64,000 nucleotides of DNA from Sedimentisphaerales bacterium (GCA_963666285.1 OY762711.1), one strand, 5' to 3'. Positions 30,562 to 41,336 are shown, numbered from the stretch's first letter. Numbers and translations: made by a program. The notes: generated by a model from the sequence alone, not told the origin.

Positions 30562-33500
30562 AATTCCTCATTTGATATTTTTTGCGTTTTACCCCAAATA
30601 TTACTACTGCTATTAAAATTAATATTAACATACCTAACAAAACAATAGTATTTTTATTCTCCCGGATCGTCTGTTTGATCATGTCCAAGCTCATATCCTG
30701 CTTTTCCAGACGCATGCCTTCAACCTGCTCTTGGTTTTGAGCGGTGCGTACCTGATCAATCTGCTGCAGGTAGCTTGCAGCTGCTTCCGGGGTAATACTA
30801 CCGGCTATCATCTCACGAAGCTTTGCATTATCGCAGACAAAACCGCTGCATCCCGGTTTATATTCAGTAATAAGTTTGACATGCAGCTGTGAGAGCTTAT
30901 TTACTATATCCTGGTCAGCCTGCCAGTATCCCTTGCGAATAGTTTCCAGCATAACCGCAGTCATTTCCTGCAAAGCATAAGGATTCTTTTCCTTGAAGTA
31001 GTTTTCCATATCAAGGTTTAGACTATCGTCAATATAAACATCGTACAGCCCTTCCCAAAGTTCTTTATCAATAGCTCCCGGTTTAAGCACATTCCAGGCA
31101 TAAGTATTCCGAAAACTCTCAGCAAAGGTGTCAGCTGCCGAAGCTCCTTCCTGCTGCATCTCGGTTATAAACTTTGGATTCATCAGCGTTGTACGAGACT
31201 CCACCCAGATAGCTTTTTTGGCATCCTGCATTCCAGGTTGATATTTATTACGCAGGTCGCTAAACATAGCATCGGGCTCATTACCAGTCACATTTCGAAT
31301 AACAGCATTCATGCCGCCCATAAACTCATATACATGATCCAGAGAAAGCGGCCCCCAATTATTTGAAGATCTGCTATGAACAACCGTATCGGTATTTTGC
31401 AATGCCGCTTCGAATATTCCCGGTTGATAGTGCCCCCAGTTATCCTCAGTATATATTGCCCCCATATTCGTTAAATACAGATCTGTTAGCTCGGTGTCAT
31501 CCTCCCATCGATCACCGGATTCTACCATCCCCATAATATTAGAGCCATAGTTGCCGTTAACCCCGCCAAAAACCCTGGCCGTTGAGAACTTACCGGCATC
31601 CAAGGGTGACATACCTCTTTCTTTCATAACTTTTTCAGCTGCGAGCGTGCCTAGCCGGACAAAATTTTCATATTCTCCGGAATCATTAGCTTCTGAAGCC
31701 AGTTTAACTGCTTTATTTATGAGAAACAGCCTGGAAGCGGCAATATCACGTGCCTGACCCGATGTCTGAACAACAATATCAATTCTAGGCCTGTTCAGTT
31801 TTTCCATGGGAACCAGCTTTACATCATGCACTATGCCGCGAGAGTTCCAAACCGGCTCAACACCTAAAAAGTGTAATGCCATGGCAATCTGGGTTCCTTC
31901 GGCACGTATCAATTCCCCTCCCCACAGGGTAATAGCCACCTTTTCAGGATAATCGCCAGTGCTATCGAGTTTGTTCTGAATGGTTGCCTCAGCAAGTTTT
32001 ACACCAACTTTCCACGATTGGGCAGTTGGCGTCTTATCCATATTTATAGCCGTTAAATTACGTCCAGTAGGCACAGATTGCGGGTTGCCCAGCGGATCTC
32101 CTCCAGAAGATGGGGCAATATAACCACCTGACAAGGCATTAGCTATGCCTGCCAACTCAAATTCGGTACAATCAAGCAATCCTTTTTCATAATCAGTAAC
32201 AGACCTCAATGACTCTCGCAAATCACTAACAGCGTCAATATATTCTTTCTCATCAGCCTCTAACCGCTGAAGATGCTGCTTTACTACCCTAACTGCACGT
32301 TCGAGATGCCCCTGCCCCAAACGCAGTATGGCTGCCACAGCCTTATTATCTTTGCCATCCTTCTGCTCGATTTCACCATGTAATTCGATATTATTTGCAT
32401 AAAAACCCAAAACCTCAATATTCTGTTTTGTTGTTTCTTTATCCCACTTAGTAACAATATCTGCTAAGACTTTATCATTTGCTGTTGCAAATAACACAGT
32501 ACTATTAGCAGGATCACAAGCCTTTGCAATTATCAACTGTTGATTCTCATTATTTTCAACACCTGCTGCGATACTATGCCTATTCTCCATATTTTCTTTA
32601 ATCGGGCGGCCGGCTCTCATTGAATGCAATTTCTTTTCATGGTCTTTATTCCATGCTTCCAGCCGAAGAATATCTTCCTCTGGAAGAAATTCCTTCCAGC
32701 TAACGTTACCAGACAGTATTTCATTTATAATAAGTTTAGCTTTATCCTTATAAACATTGACCTCAGATTCTTCACTATGGGCCGGTTGTGGGTTGCTGCC
32801 GTTATTTGATTTTTCTTTAAGCTTATCAAGAACGGATAAGCTGTGAGCTACAGACTCTACTGCCATGAGCATAGCGGTTTCCCTGGCCTGCTCCGGCTCA
32901 TACGACCTTCCCAATACATATAGTCCGCGAGTGATCTTTTCCTGGGCCAGTGAATGCAGATACACATGTATCTTTTCCAGCCGTTCGTCTGTCAATTCAC
33001 TTCCAGCAAAATTTTCCAGCTCCAAATCCTTATCCAGTTCAAGCTCGATTATACCCTGCCTGATACTATTGAGATACTCCGCCTTCAATGCCTCATCCCG
33101 GACATGCTCATATCCTTCAACTGCACTTTCCAGCTCTGACAGCGGCCCGTACAACTCAGATTCCATATAAGGCGGAGTAGTATGGGAAACAATAGCTGCA
33201 TAGCTCCTGCGCTTGGCGATTATCGCTTCACCTATATTATTAATCGTATATACATACGGATGCGGCAGTTCACCAACCAGGGCATCCGCCCAGTCCATAT
33301 CTGATAGAACATTTTGCTTCCACGGTGTAAACTCCAGTGAGCCATGCGTACCAAAATGTATCAAGGCATTAGCCTTAAAGCCTTTCCTCGCCCATAAATA
33401 TCCTGCAATATACGGATGTGGCGGGGCTTGTTTTACGCCATGAACAAGTTTGCTATGATCATCACCAATACCGGGCATAAGCTGGGGCAAAATCACAATA

Positions 33501-34993
33501 TTCCCAAACCTGACACGCGGCAATGCTATATATGACTGTCCATCAACCATTGACGACAGGTAATTGCCAGGTGCCGGACCATACTCAGCTTCAACCTGCT
33601 GGTACATCTCCGGCATGAGACTTTCCTGAACCCAACTTAGATAATCCCGGGTTCTAATCAATTCCGGCTGGCCATGCTCCAGGTATCTCTCAAACTCTCC
33701 CCTGGCATAAGGTCCTAGTACCGGGCCTTCATTCTGAATCCTATTTTCAAACTCCTTCACCGTTTCAGGTAAAACACCTGTATCATATCCCTGCTCTTTA
33801 AGATACCTTAGGACATTAAGAAGTGATTCTGCAACTTCCATCCCACTTGCCACAAGAGAGTTACGTCCCGGACCTTTAAAATAAAATATCGCAACCCTCT
33901 TTTCATTGTTTGGAATATTTTTTAATTTCAGCCAGTTGTCAACACGACTCACAAAGGTATCCATTCGATTTTCTATTGGCATAGATACCATCAAACCACG
34001 CTCGTCAGGATATTCAGCAGACACGGCAAATGGCTCAATTCCTCCATCCAGCTCCGGCATCACTATACTCTGGCTCAGCATACCGCCGGACATCCCGTTC
34101 TGACTATTCAACCATTGATCATACGGCTCATGTACATCAATCGGGCACAGAAGCGGAATATTCTGCTGTTTGAACCAATCAATGACAACATCGGTATTAC
34201 CCATCATATTCAACCTGCCATGAGGGAAATATACCGCAAGATCAGGTTTAATGTCTTTTATAAAATCCAACCACTTTTGAAAACCGGCAACAGGGTAGAC
34301 ATTTATATTCTTAGCTTCCAGCTTGTGGATAAGAGTATTTATTGTGTCACGCTTTGACGATCTTGGGCCTATAATTGATGTAAGTAAACATACCTTGGGG
34401 CCTCCTGCCTTGAACACTCCCTTTTCTTTATAGTATTTCTCATACTCTTCAACTGATGAATAGAAAGCATCCGTCTCCAAATGAAAAAGGGTATCCATTG
34501 GTATAATTTCAGCACCCTGCACTTCACTGCTAAATGCGGTTTTTCCATCAAACTCTACCCTGCAATAATTAAAAAGCCTGGCAGTGTTCTTTTTACCGCC
34601 ATTTTCCAGGTAGGATTCTACCTGTGCTATCTGCTCAGATGTCAAATTGGTAAACTGATCATCTTTGTTTGTAGATGAATGAATATATACCTTTGCACCA
34701 TCTTTTATACAGAATTTAATATGATCTGCCTGATGCTCATCAAGCCTTAGCCCCATACCAAATATAAGGGTCACTGCATAATCAGATAAATCCGTATCAG
34801 CAATTTCAGTTTTTTCCAGTCGATCTATTTTTATAAAGCTGCTGTCAAGCGAATCAAGCATCTGAGCATATTGAAAATCACGAAAATTGATTACAGCAAT
34901 ATGTGTGGCAGAAAAATACTTATTCCATACATACAGCAAAACCAATAATACTATTATTATGCCGGCAATTAGCTTGCGATTTTTTTTAATCAT
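30560..34993 (-). CDS. CobN/Mg-chelatase-family protein, HmuS-like
   Basis: HFGTHGSLEFTPWK, IAKRRSYA, PTGRN, RPRIDIVV, LDHVYEFMGG; N- and C-terminal membrane anchors. Confidence 0.88.
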   Translation of the reverse strand: MIKKNRKLIAGIIIVLLVLLYVWNKYFSATHIAVINFRDFQYAQMLDSLDSSFIKIDRLEKTEIADTDLSDYAVTLIFGMGLRLDEHQADHIKFCIKDGAKVYIHSSTNKDDQFTNLTSEQIAQVESYLENGGKKNTARLFNYCRVEFDGKTAFSSEVQGAEIIPMDTLFHLETDAFYSSVEEYEKYYKEKGVFKAGGPKVCLLTSIIGPRSSKRDTINTLIHKLEAKNINVYPVAGFQKWLDFIKDIKPDLAVYFPHGRLNMMGNTDVVIDWFKQQNIPLLCPIDVHEPYDQWLNSQNGMSGGMLSQSIVMPELDGGIEPFAVSAEYPDERGLMVSMPIENRMDTFVSRVDNWLKLKNIPNNEKRVAIFYFKGPGRNSLVASGMEVAESLLNVLRYLKEQGYDTGVLPETVKEFENRIQNEGPVLGPYARGEFERYLEHGQPELIRTRDYLSWVQESLMPEMYQQVEAEYGPAPGNYLSSMVDGQSYIALPRVRFGNIVILPQLMPGIGDDHSKLVHGVKQAPPHPYIAGYLWARKGFKANALIHFGTHGSLEFTPWKQNVLSDMDWADALVGELPHPYVYTINNIGEAIIAKRRSYAAIVSHTTPPYMESELYGPLSELESAVEGYEHVRDEALKAEYLNSIRQGIIELELDKDLELENFAGSELTDERLEKIHVYLHSLAQEKITRGLYVLGRSYEPEQARETAMLMAVESVAHSLSVLDKLKEKSNNGSNPQPAHSEESEVNVYKDKAKLIINEILSGNVSWKEFLPEEDILRLEAWNKDHEKKLHSMRAGRPIKENMENRHSIAAGVENNENQQLIIAKACDPANSTVLFATANDKVLADIVTKWDKETTKQNIEVLGFYANNIELHGEIEQKDGKDNKAVAAILRLGQGHLERAVRVVKQHLQRLEADEKEYIDAVSDLRESLRSVTDYEKGLLDCTEFELAGIANALSGGYIAPSSGGDPLGNPQSVPTGRNLTAINMDKTPTAQSWKVGVKLAEATIQNKLDSTGDYPEKVAITLWGGELIRAEGTQIAMALHFLGVEPVWNSRGIVHDVKLVPMEKLNRPRIDIVVQTSGQARDIAASRLFLINKAVKLASEANDSGEYENFVRLGTLAAEKVMKERGMSPLDAGKFSTARVFGGVNGNYGSNIMGMVESGDRWEDDTELTDLYLTNMGAIYTEDNWGHYQPGIFEAALQNTDTVVHSRSSNNWGPLSLDHVYEFMGGMNAVIRNVTGNEPDAMFSDLRNKYQPGMQDAKKAIWVESRTTLMNPKFITEMQQEGASAADTFAESFRNTYAWNVLKPGAIDKELWEGLYDVYIDDSLNLDMENYFKEKNPYALQEMTAVMLETIRKGYWQADQDIVNKLSQLHVKLITEYKPGCSGFVCDNAKLREMIAGSITPEAAASYLQQIDQVRTAQNQEQVEGMRLEKQDMSLDMIKQTIRENKNTIVLLGMLILILIAVVIFGVKRKKYQMRN

Positions 34994-34997
34994 TATT

Positions 34998-35342
34998 CTA
35001 CTTACTTTCCTCATGCAAAGTTTCCGGAACATATATTATCTGCCCGTTATCTAATTCATAGGCAATTCCAATACGCCTGCCCTGGCCTTCACCCTGGCCC
35101 TGGGCTGCTTTGTATTGGGTAATTTCATTGCCCTTTTTAACAATTATCTCCATATCGTCTTTACCGGGATTTTTAACCATGGTAACATCTTCCTGGGTAA
35201 ACATCTCTGTCATCTTAAAATTTACCACCATAGCAACCATTAATGCTACCGCAAATACCATGGCAATATCAAAAAGATTTGCCATGCCGGACAACGGATC
35301 ATCATCATGATCATCAAGCACAAAGACATTTTTTCTTTTCAT
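34998..35342 (-). CDS. DUF2149 protein (HmuV-like)
   Basis: DPLSGMANLFDIAMVFAVALM, KNPG, G.AY.L..G.IIYVP. Confidence 0.85.
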   Translation of the reverse strand: MKRKNVFVLDDHDDDPLSGMANLFDIAMVFAVALMVAMVVNFKMTEMFTQEDVTMVKNPGKDDMEIIVKKGNEITQYKAAQGQGEGQGRRIGIAYELDNGQIIYVPETLHEESK

Positions 35343-35934
35343 TTCGCTGCTCCTGTGATAATTCAAATAAATATGCCAATATCGCATAATCTCTTTTGCT
35401 CCATTGACTTTTAGTCAATTGAACAATAAAACCGACGCCTCCGATAAATACACCTATAACAGTTGTTGAAAAAGCCACCTGCATATTGGTTGCCATTGAT
35501 GCTATATCACCAGAAGCAAGACCGGCCAATGCCGGCCCCATAGGAATAAGCGTTCCCATCAGACCAAGCATCGGACCGGTCCGCATCAAAGTTTTTGGCA
35601 TCTTCAGTTCATCACCGACAGCAATTTCAAAGTCACTCAACACCTTTGCCCCATGAATGGAATGCCAGTCACATTCAACTAATTTCTTAACATGACCGGA
35701 AAATAAATCCTTGTGCTGGATAACATTACCATAATCCAGTTTTTCTACAGGATTATCGGCTGCTTCAGCCAGCAATCGTCTTACGTGTTTACTCCATCGT
35801 AATCTGACAGCATAATGTCCGTATAAATCGCCAAGCATCAATAACGAATATCCTAAAGCTATCAAAATTAAAACTATGACCGGGATCATCATCCCGGAAG
35901 ATATCCAGTATAATAGAGTTGTCAATATATTCAT
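35314..35934 (-). CDS. MotA/TolQ/ExbB family protein (HmuU-like)
   Basis: GPMLGLMGTLIPMGPAL, VAFSTTV. Confidence 0.88.
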   Translation of the reverse strand: MNILTTLLYWISSGMMIPVIVLILIALGYSLLMLGDLYGHYAVRLRWSKHVRRLLAEAADNPVEKLDYGNVIQHKDLFSGHVKKLVECDWHSIHGAKVLSDFEIAVGDELKMPKTLMRTGPMLGLMGTLIPMGPALAGLASGDIASMATNMQVAFSTTVIGVFIGGVGFIVQLTKSQWSKRDYAILAYLFELSQEQRNEKKKCLCA

Positions 35935-35940
35935 TTACTT

Positions 35941-36642
35941 TTACTCCTGAGAAGCAGTTTTAACATAACTCGATATAAAAATTCTTATAAAATACGCTGC
36001 TACCAAAATAATAGTCATAGCCGATATGCAAAAAATGAAATCCCGACCCAAGTTGTGATCATATGAATTAGCAATGCTCATCCTTCCACTGACAATCAGC
36101 GGCAAAAACATGGCAATTACGATTTGAACAAAAGCAAGAATCAAAACTATATCCAGCCTGAATTGCCAGCTTAACACAACAAAACGCAGCAGTAGATGAA
36201 ACAATAAAAGAGCAATCAGGGCTCCCGCCAATGACACAAAAGCAAGCAGCCCTAATTGCCAGCCGGATATACAGTTCAACATATATACCAGCCCGATATA
36301 CAAACCTATTATTCCACTGACAGAAGGACACATTACAATAATTTTACTAAAAGTCACCTTCTTATTATTTGAATGATCTGCCAAAAGCCTGGCTGCTAAC
36401 AGTAATATTGAAACAGACTCCGCAATAACAATAATTCCAACATTTACCAGGCTGTCATAATTATTCATAAAGTCAGTTACATCCTGGATATTCATTCTAA
36501 TAGCAGCAGAATACATGCTTCCTACTGCAAGAATTGTAAAAATAACAGCAAGACAGCCATTCAGTGTTTTTTCAAACAGACTAAACTTTATTGCCATATT
36601 TATTGTGCCTGCAAACAGCAGAATAACTAAAAATAACCACAT
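35941..36642 (-). CDS. Polytopic membrane protein (HmuT-like by position)
   Basis: Multiple hydrophobic segments; directly upstream of the ExbB-like gene. Confidence 0.6.
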   Translation of the reverse strand: MWLFLVILLFAGTINMAIKFSLFEKTLNGCLAVIFTILAVGSMYSAAIRMNIQDVTDFMNNYDSLVNVGIIVIAESVSILLLAARLLADHSNNKKVTFSKIIVMCPSVSGIIGLYIGLVYMLNCISGWQLGLLAFVSLAGALIALLLFHLLLRFVVLSWQFRLDIVLILAFVQIVIAMFLPLIVSGRMSIANSYDHNLGRDFIFCISAMTIILVAAYFIRIFISSYVKTASQE

Positions 36643-36669
36643 AACTCTGTACCTTGCTCAAATATTTCT

Positions 36670-37611
36670 TTAATTCCTGCCTACTATATGAAGATAATCT
36701 GATATGGAAGAGTCAAAACATCTGTATTTATCATGTGTAATAGTAATATTCCTGCTCATAGCTTTCTCTTTTTTACTCATTACCAGATTACCGCTATCAC
36801 TTAATATAATTATCCTCTCATTAGTACCAGGCATTCTTCTTTGCAGTCTGGCCGGCGTTCCGGCACTATGCATAACATGGCCAGAACCGCAAATGACAAC
36901 AGATACCACATTATCAACTTTATTGTCATTTATCGCAGCTGCCAGCGAATCAGCCATAGTTTCATCCCGGCAAACCTGCGCTGCATACATCCTTTCCAGC
37001 ATTCCCTTATCATCTCTCACGTGAGCCATAACAAACATTAGCTCCTTCAGATACTTTTTATACGGACTCTCAGAAAAGTCTAGATCGTCAGGAAGCTCGG
37101 CCCGTTCTTTTTCACTCAACTTTTCAATGCCAAACCGTGCAACAGACCTAACGATCTCTTTTCCGGCATTCAATCCGATAATCTTACCACCGGAATCATG
37201 CACTGCTTCCACAATATCACGATAATCCAGATAGTTACTCCACATTGAGGGCCAATCCACTTTAGCAGCCAATGTGTCAAAATCTATTTCGCCACGATTG
37301 TATTTATCAATTACCGGTTGAGACCGTCTTTCCAACTGCTCCATACCTAATATGATTTGTTTACCTTTATCTGCCAGACTCATAACTATTTCAAGCTGAA
37401 TCTCATGATGAAGGTCTATTGTATGCTTCTCTCCAAGATATATTACATCCGCAGTTGAAATATCAGTTATCATATCTGTATAAGACACCGGCTCACCACG
37501 ATATACATCAACCCATGTATCACATTTTGAATTGCACAACCCTCTCATATTACACCCCGAAGAAAACATAACCAATAAAGACAATAACTGTATATACAAA
37601 ATTCTTTTCAT
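36670..37611 (-). CDS. ChaN-family heme-binding lipoprotein
   Basis: Lipobox FSSGC; YLGEKH...HHEIQ, GMEQL, AQVCRDETMA, CGSGH. Confidence 0.8.
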   Translation of the reverse strand: MKRILYIQLLSLLVMFSSGCNMRGLCNSKCDTWVDVYRGEPVSYTDMITDISTADVIYLGEKHTIDLHHEIQLEIVMSLADKGKQIILGMEQLERRSQPVIDKYNRGEIDFDTLAAKVDWPSMWSNYLDYRDIVEAVHDSGGKIIGLNAGKEIVRSVARFGIEKLSEKERAELPDDLDFSESPYKKYLKELMFVMAHVRDDKGMLERMYAAQVCRDETMADSLAAAINDNKVDNVVSVVICGSGHVMHSAGTPARLQRRMPGTNERIIILSDSGNLVMSKKEKAMSRNITITHDKYRCFDSSISDYLHIVGRN

Positions 37612-37682
37612 TTCCGCTTCTTTCAACTTACGAGTAATATATTTTTGACAATATTCAATAGCAAATACTACCAGCCGACATT

Positions 37683-38495
37683 TCAATAACCAGGCCCCCA
37701 TAAAAGTCTGTTTTCTTCTGAATCGGGTAAAGATAATTCCTCCCAATACATATAATTTTGACTTTTAAGAGTGTCAGGGGCTTCAACTTTTTCCGCATCT
37801 ATTCCTTTAACTCGTTCAACATGACCGTCTACAAACATGATATTCATGCCATTATTATGATAAAAACCACTGGTATAGCGATGATGCCCTTGATAGTCAG
37901 GATTATACTTTTTAAGCTTTTTGTTATACATATCATAAACCTGGCCATAATAGCTTGTCTCCATCATAAGCATACATTCACTGCCAAAACGAATCTGGCT
38001 TATCTTGTACCCGCCTGCCGGGCCAAACTTCAGTTCAGGGCTACTGCCGGACCAGCCACTACCGGATGATGCTACCTTATGATACCCATTCATCGCATAG
38101 CTGGTATATTTTTGACCATGCGGCGACAAACCTAACGGATACGGGTCTTTATCAGACGGGCAAAACCATAATTCCGCGGGTTCTTCAAATGAACCTTCCA
38201 AGTCATTTTTATTTTCACCAATATACGGCAGCAAAGACCATATCCACGGTTCACTGCCTTCATCGTCAGACATCACCAGCCGGGCTGTTGGAATCTGGTC
38301 GTCATTATCAATAGAGTAGGTATTAAAAGCCACCGATATCTGTTTCATACCAGAAGCACACACAATTGCCCTCGCCTGCCCTCTTGCCTTATTTAAAGCA
38401 GGCATTAATATTGACACCAGCAATGCAATAATCGAAATCACTACCAGTAATTCAATCAAGGTAAAGCCGCTCTTTTTTATTTTATCTACCATCAT
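37683..38495 (-). CDS. DUF1559 prepilin-type / H-X9-DG protein
   Basis: GFTLIELLVVISIIALL; HNNGMNIMFVDGHV. Confidence 0.9.
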   Translation of the reverse strand: MMVDKIKKSGFTLIELLVVISIIALLVSILMPALNKARGQARAIVCASGMKQISVAFNTYSIDNDDQIPTARLVMSDDEGSEPWIWSLLPYIGENKNDLEGSFEEPAELWFCPSDKDPYPLGLSPHGQKYTSYAMNGYHKVASSGSGWSGSSPELKFGPAGGYKISQIRFGSECMLMMETSYYGQVYDMYNKKLKKYNPDYQGHHRYTSGFYHNNGMNIMFVDGHVERVKGIDAEKVEAPDTLKSQNYMYWEELSLPDSEENRLLWGPGY

Positions 38496-38530
38496 CTAAA
38501 GCACCTGTTTTCTATGACAACTAATCATTT

Positions 38531-38696
38531 AGGGTACTTCTAGAAATTGCTTTTGTTGCGAAAGTGAGGAGTTTTGTTTGCCGGCAAGAAAGATAAAATC
38601 GTGCATGCATATTGGCCATATTCGCGGTTTTATCTGACGCAGATCAGCAAGCAAAAGATCCATCTTTCGCTAAAAATGAATTTTTAGAGGTGTCCT
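38531..38696 (+). repeat. 166-bp nested palindrome (MITE/REP-like element or structured RNA)
   Basis: Stems 38531-48/38679-96, 38572-81/38647-56 and 38591-603/38623-35. Confidence 0.7.
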
Positions 38697-40213
38697 TTAT
38701 ATATATAATTCGACTTCATTAGCCACATTTGCGACAATCTCGCTATATCAGACTGATCAACATATTCACTTCCATCGCAATCCCCTGCCAAACTATCAGC
38801 ATCCAGTAGCCAGTTATTAGAAATAATCGCAAAATCAATCAAGTTAACATAACCATCCATATCAATATCTTCTGTATAACGCAACGGTCCCTCCGGCAAG
38901 TCAATATCCAATGCCGTAAAAACTGAAACAGAATCAAGCCATGGCTCGTCACCAGAAATAACAAAGCCTGCCTTGACTAGACCCGGATTTTTATCAAAAC
39001 GAAATACTTTAGTCGTTCTATACCAGGTATTCTCATACTGGCCGTTGCCGATCTTATGAACTTCAAAATCAAGTGGAGTAATGTCAACCGCACCGTCAAC
39101 TAAAATATTAACATTTCCGCCATCATACCAGTCACACTGAACAAGAACTGTCAGTTCTCCAGACTCAGAACCGGTCGGGATTGTTGCGGTCAACTCATAT
39201 TCCGAATATGAAAGTGCACTATTATACGACCCCGAACTGTTGGGATCTCTAAACACCCCTCCGTATACTCCATCCACCCATGCAGGCTGATAATCATTTG
39301 GCTCTGACTGATCCGGAAACGGATGCCAGGCCAAAAACGGGTTAATCACATCCACTCCATTAAAATCTAACTCCTCCTGCCAGACTATATTTGGATCACC
39401 ATATTCATTCTCTACTTTGCCATCCGGAAGCATCCCCTGATCACACCGCCCTGCACTGGCACTCATAAGCCATTGCTGATAAGTACATCCTGCCTTGTCC
39501 TCCATGGAAGGAACCCACGCATCACCAAAACCATCTTTTTTCTCTGTTATTATTAATGCAGGCGTTATCGAATGCGGCTTAGGAATTACCCCAAGCTCAT
39601 CTGCCGAACTGGAATAAAAACCCGTATGCTGGTTATCATACGAATTTAAAGCCCCTTCATCCTCTCGACCGGTTATTGCTATACCAAGATTTTCCAGGCC
39701 GTCAGAACCGTCAGATTGCTTATACAAAATCCATTGATTAACCAGCTCGGTTACATCCCAGTAACAAACACCGTCCTGATATACCATAACACTGCCATAG
39801 GAATTAAGTATATGATTTTCTTCAACATAAAATTTCTTAGGTGATACCTTTCCATTTTTTATTTCCATAACATCCAGATCAACATTATGAACAGTTACCT
39901 TTATAGGCCTGGACGCACCACTACCCATACTCCCCGCAGGCCCTGACACCATCTTCAGCCATGCGCTGCCAACAGTATCATCTGGCAATTCGCCGGAATC
40001 AATCCTGATAAACAGCAATGTTTCATAACTTACCGGCCCATCACCAAAATCCAGCTTGGCATATGCATTAGATGTCAATAAATAATCACGCCCGGAAAAC
40101 ACATACTGCGACATTGGTGTATAAAAGTCACAATCAACTTCTATGGCATAAGAAGCCATGCAGCTAACTCCTGCCAGCATTAAAACCAGCATACCTTTTA
40201 ATATATTATCCAT
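38684..40213 (-). CDS. Secreted protein with a DNRLRE-like N-terminal domain and dockerin-like C-terminus
   Basis: Signal peptide; WDVTELVNQW...NLGIAI; DIDMDGYVNLIDFAIISNNWL repeat. Confidence 0.7.
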   Translation of the reverse strand: MDNILKGMLVLMLAGVSCMASYAIEVDCDFYTPMSQYVFSGRDYLLTSNAYAKLDFGDGPVSYETLLFIRIDSGELPDDTVGSAWLKMVSGPAGSMGSGASRPIKVTVHNVDLDVMEIKNGKVSPKKFYVEENHILNSYGSVMVYQDGVCYWDVTELVNQWILYKQSDGSDGLENLGIAITGREDEGALNSYDNQHTGFYSSSADELGVIPKPHSITPALIITEKKDGFGDAWVPSMEDKAGCTYQQWLMSASAGRCDQGMLPDGKVENEYGDPNIVWQEELDFNGVDVINPFLAWHPFPDQSEPNDYQPAWVDGVYGGVFRDPNSSGSYNSALSYSEYELTATIPTGSESGELTVLVQCDWYDGGNVNILVDGAVDITPLDFEVHKIGNGQYENTWYRTTKVFRFDKNPGLVKAGFVISGDEPWLDSVSVFTALDIDLPEGPLRYTEDIDMDGYVNLIDFAIISNNWLLDADSLAGDCDGSEYVDQSDIARLSQMWLMKSNYIYKGHL

Positions 40214-40285
40214 GATACATTTCCTGTATATTGCCGCCCCCTGCTATTGTAAAGCAGAGAGCGGCTATAATTTTATTGCCTATGT

Positions 40286-40975
40286 TTATTTACGCCTTCT
40301 CAACGCAGCCAAACCGCCAAGCCCCAGCATCGCCAGTGTAGCAGGCTCTGGTACTGTAACGTCTGAAATATACGGCACAACTCCATCTGCACTGCCAAAA
40401 CTGGCAAACTTCGCTCCGGCACTGGAAAGGATAAGACCATTATTAACTCCACCTGCAGCCCAAAGATTATAAATATCAGTTATTTCAACACTGCACAATC
40501 CTTCGGCGTCAACAATCAATGTCGCTATCGGGGAAAGTGATAATGTCGCATCTTTCACCGCTGCTAAATCTGACTGAGTTGAAACACCTCTGACAAGAGA
40601 TGCCACATCGGAAGGAGCAGCATATACATCTAAGGTGTAGGGAAAACCAGAAGAACCCATTCCACCGGAAACAGGCAGCTGATCCAGAACCAGATAAGCA
40701 GAAGTTGCTGCCTCACTGCCGCTGCTGAATTTCACCCAGGCAAAACCCCACATATCTTCACCGTTCGCACCGCCATCCAATGGCTGAGTCAAAAAATAAT
40801 CCTTTAGATTACTTGTTGAATCAGAAGTATTTGAATACAAACCCATACCACCTCCCATAAAAGTATAGCCGGTTACCTGGCAATCTCCTTCAAGAGCAGC
40901 AGCACTAACACCTGTTACAAAAGACAACATACTTGTCAAAATCGCAGCCAACATCATAAAACATTTCTTCTTCAT
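40286..40975 (-). CDS. PEP-CTERM surface protein
   Basis: Signal peptide; VPEPATLAMLGLGGLAALRRRK. Confidence 0.92.
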   Translation of the reverse strand: MKKKCFMMLAAILTSMLSFVTGVSAAALEGDCQVTGYTFMGGGMGLYSNTSDSTSNLKDYFLTQPLDGGANGEDMWGFAWVKFSSGSEAATSAYLVLDQLPVSGGMGSSGFPYTLDVYAAPSDVASLVRGVSTQSDLAAVKDATLSLSPIATLIVDAEGLCSVEITDIYNLWAAGGVNNGLILSSAGAKFASFGSADGVVPYISDVTVPEPATLAMLGLGGLAALRRRK

Positions 40976-41059
40976 TTTTTTCTCCAGAATAAAAAATTAT
41001 CTTCTTTTTATGTTTTCACTGTGAAAACATAGCACATATTCATTCAGCAAAATCGTGCA

Positions 41060-41115
41060 CAAAAAAAAAGGAGCAACAGATACTCGGCATTTAATACCGT
41101 TTTATCCATTGCTCC
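41060..41115 (-). terminator. Intrinsic-terminator-like hairpin between hemP and the PEP-CTERM gene
   Basis: GGAGCAA...TTGCTCC inverted repeat followed by a T run on the minus strand. Confidence 0.6.
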
Positions 41116-41171
41116 CTTGCTGACTTATTTCGTTTGCTTGGTAGCTTGATTTATTTTAACTTATCAACTCA

Positions 41172-41336
41172 TTACTTATTCATTACCAGTTTCTCATTTT
41201 TTGTAATACGCAACCTGTATTGCTCCTCGTGATATCTGATTATTATTTCATTACTATCACCAAACAGTTCTTTAGCGTCATATTCCTTTTTCACTTTGCA
41301 GTTTTTTATATCAGTTTTTTTACTTGAGTTTTCCAT
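41172..41336 (-). CDS. hemP: Hemin uptake protein HemP-like, 54 aa (below the ORF-track cutoff)
   Basis: MENSSKKTDIKNCKVKKEYDAKELFGDSNEIIIRYHEEQYRLRITKNEKLVMNK* fits the HemP pattern LF....E..I.....Y.LR.T...KL. Confidence 0.85.
   Translation of the reverse strand: MENSSKKTDIKNCKVKKEYDAKELFGDSNEIIIRYHEEQYRLRITKNEKLVMNK

Noticed and set aside
30560..34993. Cobalamin-biosynthesis cobN
   Set aside because: No cob/cbi genes or B12 riboswitch recognised nearby; the HemP, ChaN, DtxR and hmuTUV-like context favours heme use.
41043..41062. Sigma-54-like motif (GTGCACGATTTTGC on the minus strand) upstream of the PEP-CTERM gene
   Set aside because: Lacks the GG dinucleotide and the spacing to GC is one base short.
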